Shown: one piece after another, positions 50,500 to 63,200 of the stretch
Layout of the letters: every line of letters begins with the position of its first letter
Position numbering within the stretch: position 1 is the stretch's first letter
NCBI GenBank assembly: GCA_030704615.1
Contig: CM060734.1
Span: forward strand, 54,684,001-54,748,000
Length of the DNA stretch: 64,000 nt
Source: Takakia lepidozioides
Taxonomy: Eukaryota > Plantae > Bryophyta
Direction: 5' to 3'
Notes under the pieces: generated by a model
Told to the model about the DNA's origin: nothing
The model's database searches: none
The model's input: only the letters and a program-made list of their open reading frames with translations
Position numbers and translations under genes: made by a program

Positions 50500-53400
50500 C
50501 ATAGATAAGTTATGGAGTGTTTGCAGCCTTCATTTCAACTACTAGAAAGGGGCTAACTGGGTCAACTGGTTACTTAAATGCGTGAGTCCTTGGGACATTT
50601 GGTTCCTTGGGGGAGGGTTGGGTAACCGCAATGGCCATTAGAAGGTGTTCACCTTCCAATGGAAGGCATTAACAACTTCATTTTAGTGTATGGATTTCAA
50701 TTCTTCACACATGGGCCTCGACATAGGACACGTGTGGATAGATAGGGGATTGCACTTGGACTTATGTGACATTGGACACTTGGGCCAACAGCACAGGCTA
50801 CCCTAGTATTAGTTACGTACCATAGTGAAAAAAATTATTGGTTCAAACTTGTTCCATTTGGATTTACTGCATGACTATTTTAACTTTAATTAAAATAACT
50901 GACATTAGTACTTTTGACTCAAATTGTAGTGGAGTGGATAGTATGATGCCCAAGCGACCTGAATCAGGTCGATCCCAAATTCATCCACGAGATAACTCCC
51001 ATGAATGAAAGTGGATGAAAAAAGTGCCTGAACAAAAAATGTGCGCTGGCCCAACACGCACATGGAGCAATTTATCCTCCAGAACTGTTGACTTGCCGAC
51101 ATGGCATGCAACTATTGGCTGGTCTGGAAATTGTTCCAACCCACAAAAATTACCATCTACACATGTGGATTTGGAATTTTCAAAAAAATTTGGGATTCCT
51201 CTTTGTCTTCTCCACCACAGGAATTTGCATTTCATAACAAGCACTGCCTTCCAGGCAGCTTTTTCATTTGTTGGAGTTGTTTCACTGGTGGCCTGTACCC
51301 CTCTTATTGGACATACAAAGGAGGCATATGCAATTTTTGGAGAAATCCCTCCAAATTTGGAGAGTACCCTTGTAACTGGGCATACTGTGTGAATGTAGAG
51401 GTCCGTGCCTCAGCAAAAATCAGGAAGGTCGCCAATGACCTTGGTCAAACTGCATTTCTCCATCTCCATTTCTGTGTTTTTGCAAAATCCACCCTATATA
51501 AATGTTATAATCTACCAGTTCTGACGGTCAAATCTCCCCTAATTTTGTCAGCAGGTACATGTAGTAGGTAGGTACCAGTTGGTACGGTTCATACTTGTGG
51601 ATGTATGTCAGCTGTCAGATACAGCTTCATCCATGGGACTAGGTCTTTTGGGGCTGACCCACCAAAAGGGCTCGCGACCCTTAGGGGTTAAAGCTGGTCA
51701 CACTTATTTGTTCCAATACCACCTCACTTTCTCACTTTTGGTCACCCCACTTGGGCCTTTTTTATAAAGGTATGCGCCATGCAAGGGCTTGATTCCCACC
51801 TGGCTTTTGGGCATGGATGAATGGTACCGTGAATGGAGTCTCTTTGGTCTGCTGGACATCCGCTGCAGGGCTAGTTTCTGCAACACTTCCCTGCCCAACA
51901 ACCTGCCCTTGCGCTCGATGTTCATTCATGCTAACGAATGACACCGGATGAGGCTTTCAGTTAATCTTAGCTGGATGTAGGTGGAGTAGCCGTTACGCAT
52001 TAGACGCTGATATAGCTGGCTATATTAAGTTGATGTTGTCTTTAGTTAACAGTTAGATTAGGATCAGATTAGATGATGTGGCAGGCTTGTGTGCCCTGGC
52101 TGGGATGGCATCTGGCTGACCAATGGAAGGCAGCCGTTTGGCCAAGATAGGATTACGTGCTTAAATACTATATAAATCAAAGCACTCCCGGTGGTGGATT
52201 TTGGATCTCATTTGGTGTACTTGTGTTGGATGGAAAGTGGTTCCTTGTGTTAAGTTGTTGGAAGATTCCCCCTACTTAGGGTGCTCTGCTTTACAAGGCA
52301 TACATCCCCAATGCAGGTCATTTCCCGGGATAGAGAGGAATAATCCGACGGCCCCAGAATCTAGCCTCACAGCCCTCTCTCTCAATGTGACAAACGGCTA
52401 ACCTCCCAAGCGACCCGAATTGGGTCACTTGCTTTGGGAGATTCGTCACAGCATCATAAGATGCTCTCGGATGGGAATGAGGTCTGAACGAGAAATCTAG
52501 ATCTGCCTCTTAGGAAGCCTCTCCTGAAAATAAAAATAAGAAAATAAAAAAAAAGTGGCACGGGCGAATTTAGGCCCGTCAGCATTGCCCTAAACGAGCT
52601 GCGCTTCTTGAGTTGACTGGACAGGTGGCAGGTACAAAGCACTAAGCCGGCTGTAGTCCCGACTTAGGGTTAGGCTGCATGCGGCGGCCCACCCTATCTC
52701 ACTTCGTGTTTTAGGTTAGGCGGGTGGCGCCACGTTGCCCCTGCAGCCCCATGGGGTGGCAGCCCACGGGACGTGACCCCCCAAAAACGGAATATTCTTC
52801 CGGAAAATCCTCCCTGAGCCCCACCTGAAGTCAGGTTGTGGGTCCCAAGACAATATTGCACTTAGGGCCAAAAAGTTTCCTAAAAATTTACTAAATTGTA
52901 TAAATTTTTTCACATTGTGGAGCATTGGCATGGCACCTACACAACTACAATCTGGTTTTTCAAAAAGTTGGGAAATATTGCACCTCCTTTGGAGGCTACT
53001 GTCACCATTCAATTTTTCACCTTTTTACCAGTGTTGGACTGGTATATAGGTGAAGGACTGGTATAAAGTACTGGTATATGCACTGGTATTAGATACCAGA
53101 CCAGTCTGGTATCGTTTGGGAGAATACTTGGTCATATACCTGACCAGGCTGGTATCAGTTTTTCCATACTAGCCACAATACCAGTACTCCCCCGCAGTCT
53201 ACCTCATTTACTCTGGTATGTGTACCATATTAATTTATGTGTACATTTGCCTATACATTTATATTTATGTATATTTACTTCTAAAGCCATCTTGAATTAC
53301 AAGTTTATCAAATAACAAATATCAAGTGAAAATAAATACAATACACGTAAAGGATGATACCAGAGTTGATACCTCATACCAGCTGGTATTGTGGTCATGA

Positions 53401-54480
53401 TACTCATACTCATACCAGTATTTGTACAAATATACATCCACCATTATATAGACCAGACTGCTTTGTGATAGGCCTGGTACCATGACCAGACTGGTATGTA
53501 ATAAACTTGATACCAGTCCAACACTGCTTTTTACCCCCACATACACCCATACAAAGCAGCCCATGGTTTTTTCATATTGCCCTAAAATTTGGCAAGGACA
53601 TAGTCATGGCACCAGTGCATTGGAATTTGTGGGTCTGGAAAAAACAAGCATTTATTCTGGTCAAACCTTTTTTGGTAGGAGTATTGTCAAATTCAAGGTC
53701 CACAAAGGCATTATAATATTTCTATTTCCATGGTGGAATCATGCCAAATTTGGAGGGGTTATACATAACCAAGCTAGGTACAATGTTGTATGGTTGAAAC
53801 ACTGGGCAATGAAGCATAGGCCTGGCTGGCCTTGTGTGCAGCTCTTCCCCGAGCTTCAGATCGGCGCAGGTTGCAGCTTCTCCAGAGGTTTGATGACTGG
53901 TGCAAGGATGGCCTCCTCGGCACCTGTATTTCCGACACTGCAATGCAATGGAAAGACACCTTTCCCCACCAATGGGACATCTCCAGCTGACGGGGAGGAG
54001 CAAGACTTCAATTGGCGCCACAAACGTGCAAGGGAATCTAAATCCAAAGCACAGGTCAAGTTTTAGAGCTCAGCTTAATTTATCAAGGCACCAGCAGGTT
54101 GTTCTTAGGCACATAGGACTTGTGTCTTTTTCTGGTCTCATCACTCAGTTTTGCATCTCGCAGCTCTAGTGCTCTTCTCTTTCTCTCCCCTTAGAATTCC
54201 TCTTAGTTCCCCCTGACTTGCAATCCTTGTAAGACAAACACAGCTTGCAGGTTGCTCTTAGCTCTCTGATCACTCTCTGCTTTCTGATCTCTGGTGCATT
54301 GTTTGATCTCTTCTTCATGGTTCCTTTGGTCATGGGGTGGTATCACCGCAGTAAGGCTTTACGGCTCCAGGGTGGTTATTTTTTCCACTTCCTTGTGTCC
54401 TCAATCGTCCATTAATAAATTTCCAGGGCCACTGACGGTCCCCTGTTCTGTTTTTTTCAAAAATAAAAAATAAAAAATAG
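50500..54480. mobile_element. Composite non-coding repeat-derived region with LTR-like segments; boundaries uncertain
   Basis: No host exons. TATA-like CTATATAAA near 52168 is followed by a segment ending GGGAGATTCGTCACA (52450). GGGGTGGTATCA near 54335. Nested hAT MITE. No paired LTR or TSD was confirmed. Confidence 0.35.
53029..53526. mobile_element. hAT-type MITE (498 bp)
   Basis: Perfect 17-bp TIR CAGTGTTGGACTGGTAT, perfect 8-bp TSD CTTTTTAC at 53021-53028 and 53527-53534, many subterminal ACTGGTAT/ATACCAG repeats. Confidence 0.93.
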
Positions 54481-54714
54481 AAAACTCTACACTAACACTT
54501 TTAATTGAGCTACATGATGGATACATATGTCATGGGTGTGGGACCACCGAGCTTTCAAAATGATAGAAAATACTGGTAGCATTTTCGCAAAAAAGAAGAA
54601 AAAAAACACAAACTCAAATGGGTGTTGCACATCTTTGATATACCCATGTCTATGTTCGTGGGGTGAGATGAGACAGTCTCTAGTCATTCGAAAAGAGAGT
54701 CGAATAGTCCAATC

Positions 54715-55358
54715 CAGTGTTGGCCGGGTATGCCATCTTTACATGCATATACCGCGGTTATTTGCCGGTTATGCACATATGCAGAACCGGAAAGTGCAGC
54801 CCCCACGAGAACCGGTTATGGAAGGGAACCGACAAAAGCCATTGAGCTTCCTAACCGGCTAGAGATGTGGATGGCGTAGAGGCGGTTCTACATAATACCG
54901 TGTAGGGGTTGGTGATGGTAGTTAAGAACATGACAGATGGACAGATCCTAAGTGGAATGTTATATCTTACCAATAACAATACGATTACAATGGTTGGGGA
55001 GACTAGGAGCACTACATTGAGAATGTCCAAGTAGATAGGAAATTAATTAGTTGGCCATTTGGCTAAAACAATAGTTGTAAGTTGTAAGCATACTATAGGG
55101 CAGAGCCCCCAGCCTGAAGGCATAGAGATAGATGACAGTGGTTGAAATACCCACACCCAGACCCAAACCCAAACCCATAGGCCACACTCGCTTACCACCA
55201 GGCCACAACCCTCTTGTGTAGTTTTACACACATCCACAACACAAATGCTAGAAAAAGCAAGAAAATAAAAATCCCATAACCGGCACCATCATGGAACCGA
55301 CATTTTTAAAGATGGCATAACCGGTAGATTGAGAACCGGACAAAAAAAATTCAGGCAC
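54715..55358. mobile_element. Partial hAT-type MITE with AACCGG/CCGGTT subterminal repeats
   Basis: Starts CAGTGTTGGCCGG. Clusters of (A)ACCGG at 54720-54860 and 55275-55340. Right TIR and TSD are not intact. Confidence 0.5.
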
Positions 55359-55479
55359 TCTCTCTCTCTCTCTCCCTACATAAATTTGATACACAAAGCA
55401 TCGACATAAGATATTCATCTATAATTAATAGGAATGATACAAATACACAAACATGTAAGAATATATATACTATACTTCC

Positions 55480-56530
55480 CAACCACATGATAAGGAGTGT
55501 CCCTCTTTAGGACATGGAGCTTTGGGTTGTTCCTCATGCGCTTGTCTTTATGGCCTCCTTTCCGGGAAATAATTTCCCAGTCCACTCTTTACAGCATGGA
55601 TTCCGAGGAGTTGGTGGTTCTTTCCCAAAAATGGGTGAGGCTGCTGGTTTCTCTCATGTGGGTCACATATGGGATCAGGGGGACCCTTTCTTACTCCCTT
55701 ACAAGTCTCCCATTATATCAGTAACAGAAGGATTGCCAGTAGCTGATCCTCTCCCTGCCGGAATCCCAAACCCAAGGCCTTTCCTTCCAGGCCTTGTCTA
55801 ATGGGCTTTTCTCTTATCGCGGCGCTGTCTCCCTTCCTTGCTCTGGTTTATTTGACATCAGAGTCATCAATTGTTTAGACGGTGCTCCGAACTCTTCCCC
55901 TCCCTCCCTTGGGTGCTGAAGAAAACTGGGCTCTTCATGCGAAGCTTTTTTGGTTCTTGCAACATCCTGTTGCGGGTCTACAATTTGATCCAGGCGAATG
56001 GACCTGGATGGATACAAGGCATACTCCTTTCTTTGGTTATTCTGCAAAACTGGGGTATTCTTTTCCTAGACCCCCAATGGCACGGACTGCTACTTGGAAC
56101 AAGAAATGGCAGTTTATCCTTTCCTCAAACGGTTTAGAAGCAGATCTGGAGATGACTTTGGAGGAAAGACAGACCGGCTAGAGTCTCTGCATTTCTGTGG
56201 AAAATTGTTGATCACATTTTGCCTCTTGCATTCCCAGTTCAGACTCTTCTGCCTTTTCACTTTGTCTTGTTCAGATTGAAGAATCTATGAGCACTGTTTG
56301 CTGACTTGCCCAATGGTAGCCGAAGTTTTGCCGTCTCCGCTTATTTACTCCTGGGCCAGCCTCCCAGATCTGATTCTGCTCAATCTTTCTGCTGGATCGC
56401 TCCGGTGTGCTTGTCCGATATGGGCGAAGTCTAAGGGCTCCTCCCTATGGCATATTTGGAACGTCAGATGCAGGTTTGTTTTTGAGGGGACAGCCCCCAG
56501 CATTAGGCTCCTTATGTTTAGAATCTGAAG
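55480..56530 (+). mobile_element. Degenerate L1-type LINE 3' fragment (zf-RVT-like region)
   Basis: Broken frames read ...LWRKDRPARVSAFLWKIVDHILP...EHCLLTCP...LWHIWNVRCRFVFEG, typical of plant L1 ORF2 C-termini. Confidence 0.75.
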
Positions 56531-57286
56531 ACGGGAAGGCCTCAGCTGTTCTGGGTTCAGCTCTTTCATTGTCTCCTTTCACTGTTCCTTGTCCTAGTTT
56601 CATTGTGTTTATGTCTTAGACATTGCTTCTGTTGGTTGTCTGTTGTTCCCAGTGCGGCTCTCACAAGGTGGTACCCGGATGATCACACGCGGTTTTCGGG
56701 CTTGTTCGGCTTGGGGGCACTGATTGGTGTGCTCCAATGTCATTGTTCCCAGTCATGACAATCCATGTCTCTTTTCTGTCTTAAACCTACTGAAACTTCT
56801 TCCTCAAAGCATTATCTATTGAAGAACCACCAAGGAAGATGCTTTAGCTGAGGAGACTGCTAAGAAAATAAGATACTGAGGAGAAAAAATCATTACATCA
56901 CAGCAATAATTGCAGATCGCAACATACCTCAGTGAAACAATGGAAGAACGATGTGAGGTTGCAGACTTCAATGAAATTTTCAAGAGCAAACCAGAATACC
57001 GAGAGGCTTTGCAACACCACTAAAGCAACATGCCTTTGAATTCGCCAAAATTGAATACATTCCAGTGGGTGACTTCCTGACCAATTGATTGTTCGTTGAC
57101 TAGAAACTTGTTCGAACTGCACCCGCAATTCGCGCTGCCGAAGAACATACATTGATTCTAGGCTCAAAATGAAATTCCAGGCCTACCGCTAAACACACTC
57201 CAGGACCAGCAAGTCATTTTACAACACTGAATTGAAACAACACCCTCACAAAAAAATATGAACCTGGACAAAGCTCAGTGAGAGGA

Positions 57287-60200
57287 TTAGCTGCCACCCC
57301 GACCTCTTCCTCTACTCCGACCCCTACCACGGCCACCTCGGCCTCCATGGGTCCTATCACTTTTCAAGCCTAGGGATTGAATGCCCCGTTTATGGGGACC
57401 CCTACCTCCTCGGCCCCTAGATCCATCCTTGTCTGAGCTGCTTCTGGGAATGAAAGTGAGTTGCCGGCTTCCTCCATGGCCTCTAACCTCTTCCCCAAAA
57501 GTAGATGCACTATGATCCCATTGCCCTTTAGCTGCTGCTGCTGCTACTCTTTCCTCCAGCGGCAGGCTCCGTTCAGCAGCCAATGAGATTTGGTTCTTAA
57601 ATGCTTGGGCGTGCACATCGTCCTTCGCTTCATACAGCCTGTCATGACAAACAGGCAAGGTTTAGTTTGTAGCAATTTTGCACCCATATTTCTACTATAG
57701 AAGTCCATGCTCATTTCTCATGAAGGTGAAAACACAGTAAAACCACCTAGATCATTGTAAAAACTCATAAAGACTGAATCTCGGTAGTTGTTTGACAACC
57801 CAGAGAACATGCTGCATGCTGCAGGTCTAGAGAAGGTCAAATTAGTCTTGCTGAAGACACGATGATGGCCCTCTTGAACAAGCAGCAAGCTCTACTGCCA
57901 AAATCAGGGGTTAATTGCAGAGAAGATTTAAGCGTGAGCCTTTTTCTTGCTATAGCCTAGTAGAAGAGAGAGGTAGAGGGAGACACTAAATTTTTTTGGG
58001 GAGTACATACCTCGGCTCTGATGCTTTCCCAGTCCTCCCTCCTTTCTCCCCCTTGCGCCGGTCCTGTTTTGGTTTGTGCTTTGGAGAAACTCTCACATCC
58101 TCATCAGAAGATGAGCTGCCAACATAGTCATCTTGCTTGTTCTCGAGGGCTGTCTCTCTTTCACTCTCACTCTCGGACACCAGGTCAAAATGTTCGTTTA
58201 CCAAAGAGGTCTTCCTTTTCTCCTTGTTGGGGTGCAATGTCTGATACTCAGGTGCTTCCTCGTCGACCTCAAAAGCCTAACAGAAGGTTGTCATGTCAGT
58301 ATCAAAAAAAGAAGCGGTCTCAAGTGCTGGATTTTTAGCTCACCAAACACAAATATGGTGCATCACTGGGACGTGCATGACCTTTTTGATGGAAATTTGA
58401 GGAGACGTTCACTCTGGCAGAGAGAAAAACATTGAAATCTCTCAGAGCCATTTAGCAATGAGAATATTTGATTCATCTTTCTGGACATTAATGTATGCAT
58501 CAAATCTCTGCTGTTCCTACATATTTCGATACAGTATATACCAGTAAAAGATGAATGTATTACCTGGTCTGTGAACATAGCTGAGAAACGCTCATCCTTC
58601 AGAAGATTGAGACGTGCTTTCTTCCGTCTGCGAGCAGGCCCCTCCTGTACATTGACCTCAGGGGTCGAAGTTGAGAGCTCCTGTCTGCCGTCCCTGTCAG
58701 CATCACCCGCAGCAAGCAGACGAGCAGCCAGCTCTCGGTTCACCTTAGGCAGTTTCTTCTTCACCTGTAGGCATATGCCACTCCACCCCTTTTGTCAAAC
58801 TATCTAAACAAGTACTAGAATATGTACCAAAAACAACAGAAATCACCTCTTCAACAGAAGACGGCGAGAACTGCCGTGGCTATTTTGCTCGGGCACACTG
58901 CAGATGGTCTGCCCTTTAGTTGCTCTTGACCTACATAAATTTGTGCTAAGTAGTCCCACCCAGTCGGGGCATGCGTAAAGCCCTCTGAAATTACTCACCT
59001 ACAGACTTTCAGTACACTAGGTGGAAAATTAAAGAGTCAAAGTGCCCTATCGCACTGAAAAGCTTAACACATTATCATTCCTCTCATCACATCAGTGTAA
59101 AGCCACCCCATCACAGCAGGTAACTCGGACACCCTTTGTGGGTAACACTAACCAGGGTCCACATGAAAAATATGCCTGTCAGAAGCTCATAGGTGTGGCT
59201 TTTGCATCCCAGCACAGTAAATACATATCATATCGACGACTGACTAAGTGCAGGTTTACTCTATGAAGATCAATGCACAATTACAACCGGGTAGAGTAGG
59301 GGTCACCGTGATGCGTGTGGCTCGTTCGGCATCCAGTTTCTCACGAACACGTTGTTGCCTATATTCCTCATATGCAAAAGGGTCCGCCAATGACTTAGCC
59401 TGGTTCCCCCAGTTTTCCACTTCATCATTCAAGAAAGGCAATAATTCTCGTGGCTAAGTTCCTGTCTATAAGCAGTTTCCCACTTCTTAAAGAATCATAG
59501 TTCCCATAAGAGACCTGGGGACAGCCATAGAGCAATACAGCTTTGGTAAATGGCTAATATAAACAACTTACAGAATTTGTCTGTGACACTGCAATAATTA
59601 CCATAGTCATCTAATTGATTGTAATGTGATGACCCGAAAAGAGAGAACTTCCTTAGGAAAACATAGTAAAAAGTGCGAGGACATCAGAGGGAGCATGCAA
59701 TGGTTATCTACAGAGACACTGTTAAGGGCACAGTTAGCGGAACCAAAATTGCCAGAGGAAAGTAATGATGATCCAGTAACAAGGGAACAAGTGTTAAATT
59801 GAAGGCTGACTTATCATACTGAAAGTAGGATGTTGAGTTGAGCACTAGAGAGAGCGATGAATGCTTGCACCCTGCTCCAAGTTTGAAGTAGCACAAAGGA
59901 AAAAGAAAATGTACCCATAAGACGTTGTTTGCCGTAGCTTTGTGGCCACATGTACTCATAATAATGTACTCACAGCACAAAGGAAAAAGAGTGGTATGGA
60001 GAGCAAGACCTTAGCATAGAGGCGGTGGTCAATGAAGAAGCCATGCATGTAGGCACGCAGCAGGTTGGTGCCAAGCAAATTTGTCAGGTTTAGTTGATCC
60101 AAGTCGTCACGGGTGACAAACTTGTAGTCATCATAGATTGTGTTCTGACCTGCCTCTTCTAACTCCTCCTGTTCCACACATGAACCAAATCTTGGTTAGA

Positions 60201-63200
60201 GAGATGGACATACATAAATCATCATCTTATGCTAAAATGGTACTTACAAAGTTCAATGCTTTTCCATTGCACATGCAGTTGCCTTAAGGATATTGACACA
60301 TGGCTCCAGAAAGGGTGCAAATCACTGCGATGAACTGCCAAAGGGCTCACAATCTTCCGATGCAAAATCAAGCAATAGTTTGCCTGGTTGCAAACTTCAA
60401 CTTGAGATTAAGTGATTAATTCTGGTATTTCTGTGCTGAAGTATGTGTGTGTGAGAGAGAAAAAGAAATACAGAAAGAAACATTAGACGGGCACCTGAGA
60501 GCCTGTGGGTCAAGTAGAACAACATGAAAAACTACCTCACGAAGCATGTAGAACATGGTCAACATTCTTGACAGAGAGCATGGAGGGAAAAACCTCCTCA
60601 CCATTGTGGATGTTGCTAACAAGGAGCAGCTCAAAGCTCTGCTCCTGCAAACACCCAAAGGAGCTTTTCCAAAGTGGCAGCAAAGTGATTGTGCCTCATG
60701 CAGTTAGGCTATGTTGAACTTATGGTCCTCAAAGCTGAAAGCCTCTTCTGAAGATGGGGAGTCTCTAAAGAGACAACAGTCTCTGCCTAAAACCTTTTAG
60801 TTTGCAGGAGAGGAGAAAAGGGATGTCATTGGCTCTACTTCCTGGCGGTACAGACAGGACAGATTTGAGCCTTGGTGGATGTTTAGTCCGACACCCCGTC
60901 TCAATGCTGAGGATATGAGAAGTAACTCAGAAAGTATCCGAGGCCTTCATCAGGGATGCAGAGAGCTTCCCAGAGGTAGGAAGGAGTGATTAGATTGTCC
61001 TGATGACAAGGAGAGTATCACAGCTCAGTGAATGAATAATGTTGGTTCTATCATGGCCATAAACTCCATGCCTGGTTTCCATGGATCATACAGGACAAAA
61101 GCAGTAGGGGATTGCTACCATCCCAGAAGGCTGGAATGGGACTTCCTCAGCTTAACTGTGAAAATGCTGGTCCTCTCACTTTTCTCAAGAAAGACCCTTG
61201 ACCATTGTAAATGCAATAACCATGTCCACCCTATATTTCCGACCCAAGAAACACCACAGCTTTTGGCATTGCCTTGAGCCTCTTGAGTGGGGAAAAATAC
61301 AGCAAAAGAGTATCCATTGCAACAAATGTGCTTGCTGCCCTCACCAGCATACCCACAGATTGGATGCATGGTTCCCTTTGTCCTAGTTAGCTTGATGTAA
61401 AGCCGTAGCTACCCTCATCTTTTTCTTTTTTTGGCCTCCTACTGTTTCGGCACGTGTGCAGATTTTTCCTAATCTGCTACAAACCTCTTCTGAGCTTCTT
61501 CCAGCGTTTTAATGAATAAGTGGAACTCAAAGACTATATCAGGGGCCACTCAGTGCACTGGACAAGATTGGTAAAGAGGCTCACCCTAACCTGTTACCTT
61601 TGGAACCAAACATACTTTAAGCTAAGCAGATATCCATCCAAAGGTTTTCCCAAAACATCAGTTATCTGAAATACAAATATCACTCCAAAGGACAAACATA
61701 CCGTGAGATTTTCAAGGAAGGGACACCAGTTTGGAGCTGGACCAAGAGAAGGAATGAAGTATGAGGGAATGCGCGGAGAGTCCAGAGCCATGAACAAAAG
61801 GCCACTGTTGGGCATCACACACACATCATTGATTTCCCCAACAGGCGCCTCTATGCTGGTCATGCCATTCCCCTGCAACAGTTCTCCCCGTTTATCATAC
61901 TTTAGTGGCAGCTGAGAGAGAAAAACTAAAACTTTAAAGGTCCACAGGAGGTGGTAGGAGATGAGAGAACCAAGAAAGACCATATGAGAACACAACCATC
62001 ACTCACAGACAGTGCTAAGCTGCTAAGCCTTCAGAGAGTGACTTTTGCTTGCTGCATCCTAGCATAAACCTCACACACCCAGTATAGGGGAGCAAGAAAG
62101 GGTGGACAGATAGACAGAGGTAATAAGGAGGGAGCACTCACAGTTTGTGGGTCCCAAATACGGACAACATGACTGTCAGCAGTAACCAAATGTTTGGATG
62201 CAGTGCTCACGCTCTCATGCCATTTAATATCTACTATGGGACTTCCATACCTGCCAAAACATTAAATAAAAGTCAAATGAGGTCTCACCGAACCCGTAGG
62301 AAGCTTTCACTTTATTCAGGCTACGGGGAAATGAAATTTTGCTCTCATCCACCTTCAAGACCTCTGGCAACTTCCATGCTTTCCAAGGAGCCAACATCCA
62401 GAAAGAGCCTAAGCATAACATGGTTCAGATGTTTCACTCTTGGTTTCTTCACTGTCGCTTCCAGTACCATTGCCAGTGTCCTGCTACTTGGGTTTGTTAC
62501 CAAAACTGGCCCAGGCCAAGCCAGGTGAATGCCAAAGTTGATATCTTGAATGGCAGAGCCCTAGCATGTTGTAAAACTTGTTTGTGTGAAGAATTTGCTC
62601 TTCAAGGAAATCTTGGATCCCACAAGGGAGGCCCTAAGAGTCACTGGGCAATCGGACCGATACCACAAGAATGTAACACAATCCATGTGAACAAGACCCT
62701 CAACCAGATAAGCTCCAATTTCACCTGGGACAAGGATAACTCCCAATCAAGTCTCATAAGAAGATGAATAGAGCCCTGTTCATGGGGAAGGGAACAATAA
62801 CACAAGACACACCACTTGAATCTAAGAGAAAGGAGCGCACATATGATCCTTGATGCGAAGGGGAGTAGATGACCGCAAATCAAAAAGCAGCACCTGGTAA
62901 CCCACAACATTTGAACCACATGTTGGTGTAGTAGTGTCAAAATAAAGAAAAACTCATGACACAGTGCACACGAACAAACCAAAATTGGACATAGTCAGTG
63001 GTCAACATGCTTTTAAGTAGACGAGAATCATCCAATACCACCACTCCCAGACCTGGAAAAGGTATTCCGAAGCAATATTTTCTTTTCTGGCGAAATATCA
63101 CCAGATTTCGACCTGAAAATGGGCCAGCTACTTGTACGAAGGAATTATGGGGGCTAAAACTCGGACAATTCGCCAAAAAGTGCGAGTAGCTGAATAGCAG

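Noticed and set aside
50537-50560. CACTA terminal inverted repeat (CAACTACTAGAAAGGGG)
   Set aside because: Imperfect, with no matching right end or 3-bp TSD found.
53029-53526. CRISPR-like or satellite array (ACTGGTAT repeats)
   Set aside because: Short motifs in both orientations with irregular spacing, bounded by TIRs and an 8-bp TSD. These are hAT subterminal repeats in a eukaryote.
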